NCBI GenBank assembly: GCA_037441845.1
Contig: JBBIRK010000001.1
Span: forward strand, 96,001-160,000
Reading direction: 5' to 3'
Length of the DNA: 64,000 nucleotides
Source of the DNA: Candidatus Zixiibacteriota bacterium
GTDB taxonomy: Bacteria; Zixibacteria; MSB-5A5; UBA10806; 4484-95
Position 1 is the first letter of the stretch. The number at the start of each line of letters is the position of its first letter. The position numbers and the translations under genes are program-made. Positions 28,263 to 37,977 of this stretch are shown in pieces. The notes beneath the pieces were generated by a model. That model made no database searches. It saw only the letters and a program-made list of their open reading frames with translations, and had not been told where the DNA came from.

Positions 28263-29804
28263 CTATTCCCATTCTATAGTCGCCGGCGGTTTCGAGGAGA
28301 TATCGTAAACGACGCGGTTGACCCCCTTGACTTCGTTTATCAGCCTGTTGGATACGCGCGCCAGAAAACTTTCAGGCAGGCGCACCCAATCGGCGGTCAT
28401 GGCATCGGCGGAGGTTACGGCGCGCAGGGCGATCACATTTTCATAGGTTCTCTCATCGCCCATTACTCCCACGCTGCGAACCGGCAACAAAACACAAAAG
28501 GCCTGCCATACCGTATCATACAGACCAGCCTTAATGAGTTCCGCCATAAAAATATCATCCGCTTTCCGGGCGATTTCGAGCCTCTCCGGAGTCAGGGAGC
28601 CGAGAATCCGTACCGCCAGGCCGGGACCCGGAAAGGGGTGGCGGTTGAGCAGCCCCGAAGGAATACGCAATTGCGCCCCTACGGCTCTCACCTCGTCCTT
28701 AAACAACTCCCGCAACGGCTCGACGAGTTTCAGTTTCATCCTGGCCGGCAGTCCGCCCACATTATGATGGGATTTTATCGTCGCCGATGGCCCCCTGAAC
28801 GGGGTCGATTCGATCACATCGGGATAAAGCGTCCCTTGAGCAAGACGGCTTATGCCGCGGATTTTTTTGGCTTCAGCTGTAAATATATCGATAAAAGTCC
28901 TTCCGATAATTTTGCGCTTTCTTTCGGGATCGGCGATTCCTTTCAGGCGGCGAAGAAAGACACTGGAAGCATCGATATGCCGTAAAGGCAGCTGCAATTT
29001 GCGGTAGGAATCTACAACCCAGTCCGCTTCGCCGGTTCGCAGCAGTCCGTTATCTATAAAAAGACAATGTAGGTTTTTGCCTATCGCGCGTTTTAACAAA
29101 ACCGCGGTTACGGTCGAATCGACCCCCCCGGAAACCGCGCATATGACTTTTTCGCGTGCCAACTCTTCTTTCAGTTGCTTGACCCGTGAATCCACGAAAG
29201 ATTTTGCTGTCCAGTTATCTTGACAGCGGCAGATTTTCCGGACGAAATTTCCGATTATCCGCATGCCGAATTCGGTGTGCGCCACTTCAGGGTGAAACTG
29301 AACGGCGTAAATCGAGCGGGGTTCATTTTCGAAGGCCGCGAATTTCAAACTTTCGGTCGCCGCAGTTTTCCTGAAACCTGCGGGTATTTTAACTACCGAA
29401 TCGCCATGGCTCATCCAGACCCGCGAAGAATGCGGCAAGCCCGCCAGCAACCGGGAAAGAGTGCCTGTCAGCCTCAAACGTGCGGGACCGTATTCACGAA
29501 TTGCGCTTCTGCGGACGACGCCGCCCAATTGGTGAGCGATCAATTGCAGCCCGTAGCATATACCGAGAATCGGGATTCCGAGATCGAACCAACGCGGATC
29601 CAGACGGGGCGAACCCGGATCGTGCACCGAAGCGGGTCCCCCCGAAAGTATAATTCCCTTAAGCTCGGTCGGTATATTTTCCGGCGGTTGGGTGTCAAAG
29701 CCAACCAATTCGGAAAATACTTTACACTCGCGCACGCGTCTGGCGATCAACTGCGAATATTGCGATCCGAAATCGAGAACTATTATTTTATCCGGGGAAT
29801 TCAA
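28263..29804 (-). CDS. guaA: GMP synthase (glutamine-hydrolysing)
   Basis: LDFGSQY, GICYG, QFHPEV, SGGVDS, IKSHHNVGGLP, KPPATIEWE. Confidence 0.98.
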   Translation of the reverse strand: MNSPDKIIVLDFGSQYSQLIARRVRECKVFSELVGFDTQPPENIPTELKGIILSGGPASVHDPGSPRLDPRWFDLGIPILGICYGLQLIAHQLGGVVRRSAIREYGPARLRLTGTLSRLLAGLPHSSRVWMSHGDSVVKIPAGFRKTAATESLKFAAFENEPRSIYAVQFHPEVAHTEFGMRIIGNFVRKICRCQDNWTAKSFVDSRVKQLKEELAREKVICAVSGGVDSTVTAVLLKRAIGKNLHCLFIDNGLLRTGEADWVVDSYRKLQLPLRHIDASSVFLRRLKGIADPERKRKIIGRTFIDIFTAEAKKIRGISRLAQGTLYPDVIESTPFRGPSATIKSHHNVGGLPARMKLKLVEPLRELFKDEVRAVGAQLRIPSGLLNRHPFPGPGLAVRILGSLTPERLEIARKADDIFMAELIKAGLYDTVWQAFCVLLPVRSVGVMGDERTYENVIALRAVTSADAMTADWVRLPESFLARVSNRLINEVKGVNRVVYDISSKPPATIEWE

Positions 29805-31405
29805 CTGAAATCTCTTTGGATCACAGTATCCCTTTTAAACCGGGAATCATCTCTTTGCGGAAAATCGACATTGTAATGCAATCCCCTCGATTCCTGCCTT
29901 AACAAAGCCGACCGGATTATGATCAAAGCGACATCGGCGATATTGCGCAATTCGAGCACCTCCGATCTCACCGGATTTTTGCGATAGAATTCCTTGACAT
30001 GTTTACGAATCACCAGACAGCGATCATAAGCTTTGCGAAGTCGGTCGGTGGATCTGACGATACCGACGTAATCCCACATGAGCTTGCGAATCTCCTGAAA
30101 ATCATGGGAGACGACAACCCATTCCTTGTGATCGAATACCCCAGACTCGTCCCAATCCGGAAGTTTTATGCCTTTAGCTTTTTCTTTCGCCGGAAGATTC
30201 ATTGCCGTCCATTTCGCGGCGAAATCGGCGAATGCCACGGCTTCAAGCAACGAATTGGACGCCAGCCGATTCGCTCCATGCATTCCGGTGCAGGCGACCT
30301 CACCGGCGGCAAGCAACCCGGCAATCGAGGTGCAGCCGTTGATATCGGTTTGGACTCCGCCGCAAAAGTAGTGCGCCGCGGGTACCACCGGTATAGGATC
30401 GACCGCCGGATTTATCCCCAGACTTTCGCATTTTTTCATGATTGTGGGAAACCGCCTTCTGATGAAAGTCTTTCCGCGGTGAGATATGTCAAGGTAAACG
30501 CAGGGAGCGCCGGTTTCTTTGAGGACCATATCGATCGCTCTGGCGACTATATCGCGTGGGGCCAGTTCGGCCATAGGATGATAATTATCCATGAATCGAC
30601 GGCCGTCGGCGGTGATAAGCTTTCCCCCTTCGCCCCGGACTGCCTCGGTGATGAGGAACGGCTCCTGCCCGGGCGCATACAAACTGGTCGGATGAAACTG
30701 AACGAATTCGAGATTGGCGACAAGCGCACCGGCGCGATAACCCATGGCCACTCCATCGCCGGTGGCGATCGCCGGATTCGTCGTATGTTGATACACTTGT
30801 CCGGCTCCTCCCGAGGCCAATAGCACCAATCGCGCCCCGAACACCTCGACCCGACGGTTCGCGTTATCGTATACGTACACGCCATAACAGGAAGGCCCTC
30901 TTTTGGGTATCTTCATACCCAAATGATATTCGGTGATCAGGTCGATTGCAGTATGCTCCTCGAAAAGATCTACGTTGCCGTGGCTCTTCAGGGAATTAAG
31001 CAGTGCTTGTTCGATATTTCTACCGGTGTGATCGGCGGAGTGAACCACTCGATTGTGCGAATGACCACCTTCGCGACCGAGATCGTAGGTGCCCGATTTG
31101 CGGCTGAAAGCGACTCCTAACCTGGTCAGCTCCCTTATGTATCTCGGACCAAGCCTGACTACTTTCCGCACTACTTCTTCGTGGCACAAGCCGCAACCTG
31201 CCTCGAGAGTGTCTCGTATGTGATTGGCGAAACTGTCCGTCTTGCTCATCACGCTGGCGATTCCGCCTTGAGCATAATTGGTCGAGGCATCGTTGCTGCT
31301 TTTTTTCGTGATTATAGCGACCCGATTGCGTCGGCTTACCTTGAGAGCATACATCAGACCGGCTATTCCTGATCCGATCACGAGTATGTCATAATCTCTC
31401 GTCAA
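29801..31405 (-). CDS. nadB: L-aspartate oxidase
   Basis: GSGIAG, YAQGGIA, REGGHS, QFHPT, EAVRGEG, GMHGANRLASNSLLE, ESRGLH. Confidence 0.96.
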   Translation of the reverse strand: MTRDYDILVIGSGIAGLMYALKVSRRNRVAIITKKSSNDASTNYAQGGIASVMSKTDSFANHIRDTLEAGCGLCHEEVVRKVVRLGPRYIRELTRLGVAFSRKSGTYDLGREGGHSHNRVVHSADHTGRNIEQALLNSLKSHGNVDLFEEHTAIDLITEYHLGMKIPKRGPSCYGVYVYDNANRRVEVFGARLVLLASGGAGQVYQHTTNPAIATGDGVAMGYRAGALVANLEFVQFHPTSLYAPGQEPFLITEAVRGEGGKLITADGRRFMDNYHPMAELAPRDIVARAIDMVLKETGAPCVYLDISHRGKTFIRRRFPTIMKKCESLGINPAVDPIPVVPAAHYFCGGVQTDINGCTSIAGLLAAGEVACTGMHGANRLASNSLLEAVAFADFAAKWTAMNLPAKEKAKGIKLPDWDESGVFDHKEWVVVSHDFQEIRKLMWDYVGIVRSTDRLRKAYDRCLVIRKHVKEFYRKNPVRSEVLELRNIADVALIIIRSALLRQESRGLHYNVDFPQRDDSRFKRDTVIQRDFS

Positions 31406-32391
31406 AGTGCGATCGCCTTTCTAAATCGATCCGGATCATCAATTTCATATACCGGCAGACAAATATAGACTGCCGTCTTGTCAAAGTCAAAACCCTTTAA
31501 TTTCACGGCATCTTTGGCTGTCGTCATAATCGAGTAATCTTTTTTCCGGGCGATATCGATGATTCTTTCGATATCCTGAGATGTATAACGATGGTGGTCT
31601 TCGAACGCCATAAATCCGGCGACCGCGATGCCCAGCCGGCTCAATGTCTTTTGGAATTTGCTCGGATCCGCCAATCCGCAAAAGGCGATAAATCGTGTTC
31701 CGAACAAGCTTCCCGCGTCGATTTCCTTGCCGCTCGCAAGTTCCACGAATCGCGCATTGATCATTTTCATGGAAAATACCGGAATATCGCGAAAATCGGG
31801 TAGATTAAGCCAGGCGTGAGATTCACCGCCGCCGGTAAGGACGATAAGGTCAGCCCTATTGACGGCTTTTACGGGCTCGCGAAGAAGGCCCGCCGGAAGC
31901 AGGATTCCGTTGCCGTACGGTTTTTCCGAATCGAGGCATAATATATTCAGATCGCGATGAAGTTTCCGGTGCTGGTAGCCGTCATCGATAATAATCAGTT
32001 CCGCCCCATCGCCGCAGGCTTTGCGTGCCGCTCGTGTTTTCGATTCACAAACATATATTCTCGCCTGTGGGACCGCCGCCGAAATTTCCAGCGGCTCGTC
32101 ACCGACATCTTCCCATCGCGAATTCGGGGAAACTTCGATCAGTCCCGATGCATAACGCTTATAGCCGCGGGTTACGATCGAGGTTTTGATTCCCTTTTCG
32201 ATTGCCATTCGGGCGATTAAAATCGTAAGAGGAGTCTTGCCGGTGCCTCCGGCGGTTAGGTTGCCTACCGAAATGATTTTTGCCGACAGTCTTACTTTGG
32301 GGGCGATCCGCCAGTATAGGTCCCAAAGGAATATCACTGTCCTGTAGGCGATCGAACAGATACGAAGGATTAACGACGATAGGAGGTTCAT
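31402..32391 (-). CDS. lpxK: Tetraacyldisaccharide 4'-kinase
   Basis: SVGNLTAGGTGKTP, RGY, GDEP, DDGYQH, PAGLLRE, DHH, TTAKD. Confidence 0.95.
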   Translation of the reverse strand: MNLLSSLILRICSIAYRTVIFLWDLYWRIAPKVRLSAKIISVGNLTAGGTGKTPLTILIARMAIEKGIKTSIVTRGYKRYASGLIEVSPNSRWEDVGDEPLEISAAVPQARIYVCESKTRAARKACGDGAELIIIDDGYQHRKLHRDLNILCLDSEKPYGNGILLPAGLLREPVKAVNRADLIVLTGGGESHAWLNLPDFRDIPVFSMKMINARFVELASGKEIDAGSLFGTRFIAFCGLADPSKFQKTLSRLGIAVAGFMAFEDHHRYTSQDIERIIDIARKKDYSIMTTAKDAVKLKGFDFDKTAVYICLPVYEIDDPDRFRKAIAL

Positions 32392-33659
32392 TGCAAATAA
32401 TTCAGCAGCCTTCTAACCGTTTTTTCGGCGACTCCCGAATTCATCTTGACGAAATCTTTCGCCTTGGATCCCATTTCGGCCGCCTGTGATCTATTATCAG
32501 CCAGATAATTTATCGTTTCCGACAATTCGTCGGCGCTCTTCACCTCGCGGGCTGCTTTCAATTCAAGCAGTTTCGTCGCGGCGTATTGGTTATTTTGCAT
32601 AAAAGGGCCGAAACAAATCGCGCAGCCTGCAGAGGCCGGTTCGAGAGGATCGTGGCCGCCGATCGAAACCAACGAGCCGCCCACAAACGCCAGATGGCAA
32701 TGCCGATAAATTCGGGACAGCTCGCCCATGCTGTCAAGCAACAACACGGATGCTTGATCGGATCGATTTTCCGCCAGTCTGGATCGTTTGGTGTATTTTA
32801 TAGAAAGGCTGTCAAGTCCGTTCTCGAATGCCGGTAGATCCTTCATATGTCGCGGCGCTATTACGGCGATCATTGAACGACCGGTCGCCAGGGACCGCTC
32901 GATCGCCGAAAGCAAAGTTTTCATTTCACCCTTTCTCACCGACCCGGCCACGAAAACGAAAGTTTCAGCAGGTTGAAAAAAACGATCGAGCTCGTCGTTT
33001 ATCGAGTGGTCGCTCCCTCCATTAACCTGATCGAACTTTATGTTGCCATAGATTTCCACCCGCTCGGGGGAGGCTCCGATTTCGATGAAACGGCTCCTAT
33101 CGGCTTCAGTCTGGGCCATGATCAGATCTATATCCCGTAAAACAGCCTTGAACAGGAAACGAAAGAGCTTGTAATATTTGAAAGACCTCGTGGAAATCCG
33201 CCCGTTGACGATCACTACCTTGGCCCCGCTCTTACGCACCCACCGAATCAACAGCGGCCAAAGCTCCGTTTCAGCGAGGACCAATAGCTTGGGCCGAATC
33301 ACGCCTGCGGCCCTTTTTATGACCGGGGCTATCTCCAATGGCGCATAATAAAGGGTTGCATCGAGTCCGGCCGAAAGCGCTTTCTGCTTGCCGGTCTTGG
33401 TGACCACGGTAACAACCGGATAAATATCGGCCGTGCTCGATCTCATTAAGGGTATCAGCGAGGCCGCGACCTTCATTTCACCGACTGACGCGACATGAAA
33501 CCAGACACGAGTCTTCGGATCGGGAATCCGCTTGTAATTGCCGAATCGTTCCGATAGTCCGCGGATAGGAAAAACTCCCCGCAATATCAGAATAGGAACA
33601 AACAAAACGATAGCGAGAAGGGTCAGGGCCTGATAAAAAAATAACAAGATCGAAATCAT
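32388..33659 (-). CDS. waaA: Kdo transferase
   Basis: WFHVASVGE, ETELWP, NGRIS, GNIKFD, APRH, GGH.PLEP. Confidence 0.95.
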   Translation of the reverse strand: MISILLFFYQALTLLAIVLFVPILILRGVFPIRGLSERFGNYKRIPDPKTRVWFHVASVGEMKVAASLIPLMRSSTADIYPVVTVVTKTGKQKALSAGLDATLYYAPLEIAPVIKRAAGVIRPKLLVLAETELWPLLIRWVRKSGAKVVIVNGRISTRSFKYYKLFRFLFKAVLRDIDLIMAQTEADRSRFIEIGASPERVEIYGNIKFDQVNGGSDHSINDELDRFFQPAETFVFVAGSVRKGEMKTLLSAIERSLATGRSMIAVIAPRHMKDLPAFENGLDSLSIKYTKRSRLAENRSDQASVLLLDSMGELSRIYRHCHLAFVGGSLVSIGGHDPLEPASAGCAICFGPFMQNNQYAATKLLELKAAREVKSADELSETINYLADNRSQAAEMGSKAKDFVKMNSGVAEKTVRRLLNYLQ

Positions 33660-33665
33660 AACCGC

Positions 33666-34796
33666 CTAAGGCCTCAATAATCCCAAGGCGGCTTGAGCGG
33701 CGCGGGCCGAGGCTCCCGGACTGCCCAGGCGTCTTTTGACCTCGACCAGATCTCGGCGGATCCGCTCATAATGGGTATCGCTTCTTAGGATCTGCAAGGC
33801 GGCTTCGGCCATCTCCGCCCCGGTGCATTTATTTTGAATCAATTCCGGCACGATCCTGCGGCCGGCGACGACGTTCACCAACCCGATGACCGGAATTCGG
33901 ATCAATCTTCGAGCGATAAAATACGTCAAAACCGAGGTTTTATACACGATAATCATCGGCGTTCCTAAAACCGCGCTCTCGAGAGTGGCTGTGCCGGAGC
34001 AGACGAGATTCAGTCGTGCATGCCCCATAAGATCGTAGCCGTTTCCCTCGAATAATTCGGCTGTGTTCTTCTCGTTTTCGAGAATCTCGAGGTAAAGAGA
34101 CTTTTCGATCGAGGGGGCTTTGCCCACGAGAAATCTGGCGTTGATCGATACCTTCAGGATTTCGGCGGCAATCAGCATCTGCGGCAAAATCGATTTTATC
34201 TCCTGCTTGCGGGATCCCGGAAATAGACCGATGATTTCCTGATCTGGTCCCACTCCAAGGCCATTTCGAAAAGCCTGACGATCCTGGCTCGTCTTTACGT
34301 GATCTATCATAGGGTGGCCGACACAAACGGAACGAATGCCGGCCTCATCATAGATTTGTTTCTCGAAATCGAAAAAAACCGCCATCAGATCAACGTTATT
34401 TTTTATATCTTTGATTCGGCTTTTTCCCCAGGCCCAAATTTGAGGGCTGACGTAATAGAATACTTTAATTCCGCGTCGATGAAGAATTTCGGCCAATCGA
34501 AGATTAAATCCGGGATAGTCGATAAGAACCGCCAGAACCGGCTTTCTCGTTTCGATCGAAAGCTTCAAATTTTTTTGAACCGCGCTAATGAAACGGATAT
34601 TCTTTATTACTTCCCAGAATCCGAGAACAGACAGATCTCTTATATGAAATAAAAGCTCGCATCCTTGCTCCGCCATTCGATCCCCGCCCAATCCATAGAA
34701 AACAATCCCCGAATCGAATTTGCGAAACTCTTCGATGAATCTGGCTCCGAGGATATCGCCGGACGCCTCGCCGGCGGATATCAGAATTGCGCTCAT
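33666..34796 (-). CDS. lpxB: Lipid A disaccharide synthase
   Basis: AGEASGD, IDYPGFN, YVSPQIWAW, VGHP, PGSR, SGTATLE. Confidence 0.96.
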   Translation of the reverse strand: MSAILISAGEASGDILGARFIEEFRKFDSGIVFYGLGGDRMAEQGCELLFHIRDLSVLGFWEVIKNIRFISAVQKNLKLSIETRKPVLAVLIDYPGFNLRLAEILHRRGIKVFYYVSPQIWAWGKSRIKDIKNNVDLMAVFFDFEKQIYDEAGIRSVCVGHPMIDHVKTSQDRQAFRNGLGVGPDQEIIGLFPGSRKQEIKSILPQMLIAAEILKVSINARFLVGKAPSIEKSLYLEILENEKNTAELFEGNGYDLMGHARLNLVCSGTATLESAVLGTPMIIVYKTSVLTYFIARRLIRIPVIGLVNVVAGRRIVPELIQNKCTGAEMAEAALQILRSDTHYERIRRDLVEVKRRLGSPGASARAAQAALGLLRP

Positions 34797-35776
34797 AATT
34801 TCCGCTGGTACTGAAGGCAGTGATTTTCGATCTCTTCGGCGACTTCGAGCGCGGCCAAACCGGACTTGCCGCTGACCAGCGGGGCATGCAAACCGCTCAC
34901 GGCCTTGACGAAAGAATCGAGTTCCAATTCGAGATTGTCCCCCGGAGGTATTTCTATATTTTCCCTGACTATCACGGTATTATCGCCCAGATTGAATTTC
35001 ATGAAAGCAGCCGCTTCGTTCGCTTTTTCGGAATCTTTATCGACAAGCACGTAGGATTCGAGTTCTTTGCCTGCAAGATCCATCGAGATATATCCGGATT
35101 TCTGGAAGACCCTGAGTTTGCGCATTTCCCTTAATGATATTCTGCTGGCGGTAACATTGGCCACGCAATTGTCCGGAAACGTCAGGCGGGCGTTGACAAT
35201 GTCGAACGTATCGGTAATCACGGCTACTCCGGCCGCTTGAATATCGATAGGTCGTGAACCGGTCAAATCAAGCAACAGATCTATATCGTGAATCATGAGA
35301 TCGTAAATCACGGAAACATCATGTCCTCGTCCCTTGAACGGGGCGAGGCGATGTGTCTCTACGAAACCCGGTCGATTTATACGAGACCGCGCCGCTCTAT
35401 ACACCGGGCTGAACCGCTCGCTGTGCCCCACCTGTAAAACCGCGCCAGATGCGGCGGCGGCTTGGTCGATCAGCCTTGCCCTCGCGGAATCGACTGCCAA
35501 CGGTTTCTCGATTAAGACGGCTATACCACGCTGCAAAAGAGGAATCGAACACGCGTCGTGGGCGGCTGTCGGAACCGCTATGACGGCCGCCTCTATTTCA
35601 TCGGCCAGATTTTCGAGTGAAGGGAAAGCTTTCGCTCTATAGCGGGCGGCGATTTCCTCCGACCGCCCGGGATCGATATCAAAACACCCGACGAATCGGA
35701 CATCGGGGTGAGCCGATAACTTTGCGGCGTGAAATTTCCCCATATGTCCGCAACCGACCAATCCAGCCCTGATTAT
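34793..35776 (-). CDS. Gfo/Idh/MocA oxidoreductase, GnnA-like (UDP-GlcNAc 3-dehydrogenase candidate)
   Basis: GCGHMG, EKP, QVGH.ERF, DLMIHDID; lies between lpxA and lpxB; start either ATA 35776 or TTG 35761. Confidence 0.8.
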   Translation of the reverse strand: MIRAGLVGCGHMGKFHAAKLSAHPDVRFVGCFDIDPGRSEEIAARYRAKAFPSLENLADEIEAAVIAVPTAAHDACSIPLLQRGIAVLIEKPLAVDSARARLIDQAAAASGAVLQVGHSERFSPVYRAARSRINRPGFVETHRLAPFKGRGHDVSVIYDLMIHDIDLLLDLTGSRPIDIQAAGVAVITDTFDIVNARLTFPDNCVANVTASRISLREMRKLRVFQKSGYISMDLAGKELESYVLVDKDSEKANEAAAFMKFNLGDNTVIVRENIEIPPGDNLELELDSFVKAVSGLHAPLVSGKSGLAALEVAEEIENHCLQYQRKL

Positions 35777-36546
35777 TTTATGATCCCCCTCTCGGCCGTT
35801 TCGATAAATGCGACCAGCTTCTTTATTTCGGGAATCTGTTCTATCTCGTTTTTTATTTTTTCGAGAGCCTCGCTGGTTTTCAATTTAGAACTTAAAAGGA
35901 AATGAAAAGCAGTCTTCAAACTCGAAATCGTTTCCGGACTGAATTTTCGTCGTTTCAACCCCACGGCGTTCAATCCCAAACAGCGAAGAGGATATCCCGC
36001 CGCCAGGCTGTAGGGCAATACGTCTTGAGTAACCCGGAAACCGCCGCCGATCATGGAATGCTCGCCGATGCGGCAGAATTGATGAATGACCGTGCCTCCG
36101 CCGATAATGGCGTTATCGCCGATTTCGACGTGGCCGCCCATTTCGACCGTGTTGGCGATGATTACGTTCGAACCGATAATGCAATCATGCGCGGCGTGCG
36201 AGTAAGCCATGAAGAGACAGTTATCGCCGATTTCAGTTTTCCCATGGGCGGCCGTGCCTCTATTCAAGGTTACATATTCGCGGATCGTGCAATTGGCTCC
36301 AAGAATCAAGAATGTTTTTTCGCCGCCGAATTTCAGGTCCTGCGGCGGTCCGGCGATGGCGGCGCCGTTGAAAATCCGGCAATTCGGCCCGATTCGAGCG
36401 TAGGACTTAATGCTGACATGCGAATCGATCCATACTCCGTCGCCCAGCTCGACATCGTCGTCGATAACCGAATAAGGACCGATGGTGACGGTTCGGGGTA
36501 TCTTTTCCGGGTTTGCCACTATCGCGGTAGGGTGAATTCCTGACAT
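35773..36546 (-). CDS. lpxA: UDP-GlcNAc acyltransferase
   Basis: IHPTA, hexapeptide repeats, PQDLKF, IREYVT..RGT, H.AHDC, HQFCRIG. Confidence 0.96.
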   Translation of the reverse strand: MSGIHPTAIVANPEKIPRTVTIGPYSVIDDDVELGDGVWIDSHVSIKSYARIGPNCRIFNGAAIAGPPQDLKFGGEKTFLILGANCTIREYVTLNRGTAAHGKTEIGDNCLFMAYSHAAHDCIIGSNVIIANTVEMGGHVEIGDNAIIGGGTVIHQFCRIGEHSMIGGGFRVTQDVLPYSLAAGYPLRCLGLNAVGLKRRKFSPETISSLKTAFHFLLSSKLKTSEALEKIKNEIEQIPEIKKLVAFIETAERGIIK

Positions 36547-36588
36547 GTTGCGCTTCTTGATTTAAGGATTTTCGATTGTAATTATCAT

Positions 36589-37848
36589 CTACCTGGCCAA
36601 TAACTTATCGTCGGTTTCCCGAAAGCCGTGCGGCCCGCCATAAATTCCCATGTCTGATCTTGAACCGTCACGGTCATTAATACCGGGATCGCCGGAGTCG
36701 CGGCAGGGAGATCCGGGAAGCAGTCGGTAATCGTCCTTTCCTTTGAACAACGGGTCCGCCGAAATATTTCCCAATCGATCGGTCTGATCCGGCATATCTC
36801 GATACTGGCCGCCGACGTTATTGAAAACATTATTGTATCCTATCACGAATTTTCCCGGGTGTCCATAGTTCCAGAAACCGACCGGGGGGCATACCCATTC
36901 CTCGCGCCAGCCGTTGTTTACGATAACATTGTTGATAATCCGCCCCGAGCAACTGTCAGACCAAATCGCCAGACCGCAATTGCCGTTGTGAGTAACCAGA
37001 TTGTTGGAGATCTCGACCCAGGCGTTTCCCGTGGCTATGATCCCCCAGCCGAGATTGTCTATCACCAGGTTATTGCTGATGACGGCTTTGCTTGTCCCGA
37101 ATGCTCCTATTCCCTTCCAGTAATTCTTGACGATATTCCTGTGCGCCACAGCGGTGGCGTCCCAAGTAATGCCGATTCCCGCTCCTCGCCCACCGTCGAT
37201 TTCGTTGTCGCAAATGACTGCGGTGGCTCCGCGATAAAGCGCGATACCATCCCAGCCGTTATTGAACAGGCGGTTATTTCTGATCGTCAATTCCGCGCCT
37301 TCCCTACCGAAAATCCCGCCGATACCAACCACTACCTTTTCCGGCCGGTCGGTATTATCGGCGATCAAGCAATATTCCACGGTCAGCGTGGAGTTTCTGG
37401 CGACTATTGAGGCGTCGGTGGCGTTGCCGTCGCGGTCGCGGACGCCGCCGGTTATTTTAACCCTACTGATAAGCGAACCGAACGAATTCGTGAATAAAAT
37501 CCCATAGCCGGCATTGGTGACAAGGGTCGTGGAGTCGATGCCGCTTCCGATTATCGTCAGTCCTTTGGAATCGATAAGAAAACCCCTTGAGGCCGCTACT
37601 TCGACCATAGGGTTCTGGCAGTTTCCGCAAAACATATCCTCGTAAGCGTGCCATTTGGCGGAAAAGCTGCCCGGGGCGATCAAAATCGTATCTCCATCGG
37701 ACGCCTTATCCAGAGCCGATTGCAGATCGTTGGAAAAGCACTTTTCCGATCCATCCAGTCCGAAACGAGTTGGTTCGGAACCGACATAGAAGGTTCCGGC
37801 GGCGGCGCTTTCCACCAAGATCCAAAGAACGGCCAGCAGAATCAACAT
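36589..37848 (-). CDS. Exported right-handed parallel beta-helix protein
   Basis: LQSALD.A.DGDTI.I.PG, I..N repeats, DPLF...DY.L..GSPC.D.G...DMG.YGG. Confidence 0.8.
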   Translation of the reverse strand: MLILLAVLWILVESAAAGTFYVGSEPTRFGLDGSEKCFSNDLQSALDKASDGDTILIAPGSFSAKWHAYEDMFCGNCQNPMVEVAASRGFLIDSKGLTIIGSGIDSTTLVTNAGYGILFTNSFGSLISRVKITGGVRDRDGNATDASIVARNSTLTVEYCLIADNTDRPEKVVVGIGGIFGREGAELTIRNNRLFNNGWDGIALYRGATAVICDNEIDGGRGAGIGITWDATAVAHRNIVKNYWKGIGAFGTSKAVISNNLVIDNLGWGIIATGNAWVEISNNLVTHNGNCGLAIWSDSCSGRIINNVIVNNGWREEWVCPPVGFWNYGHPGKFVIGYNNVFNNVGGQYRDMPDQTDRLGNISADPLFKGKDDYRLLPGSPCRDSGDPGINDRDGSRSDMGIYGGPHGFRETDDKLLAR

Positions 37849-37930
37849 GGAATCTATATAATGGCTGTTATTATTGCGGTCAATCGATTTTGCGGAGTAG
37901 ATCCCATTAGCAGTGAGGATAGCGTAGAAT

Positions 37931-37960
37931 AAAGCGGCGGCCGCTATTACGGGCCGCCGC
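37931..37960 (-). terminator. Intrinsic terminator after the DUF4340 gene
   Basis: 9-bp GC stem gcggcggcc/ggccgccgc (37934-42/37952-60) followed by TTTATT on the minus strand. Confidence 0.65.
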
Positions 37961-37977
37961 CCGGTTGCAGGATAAAA

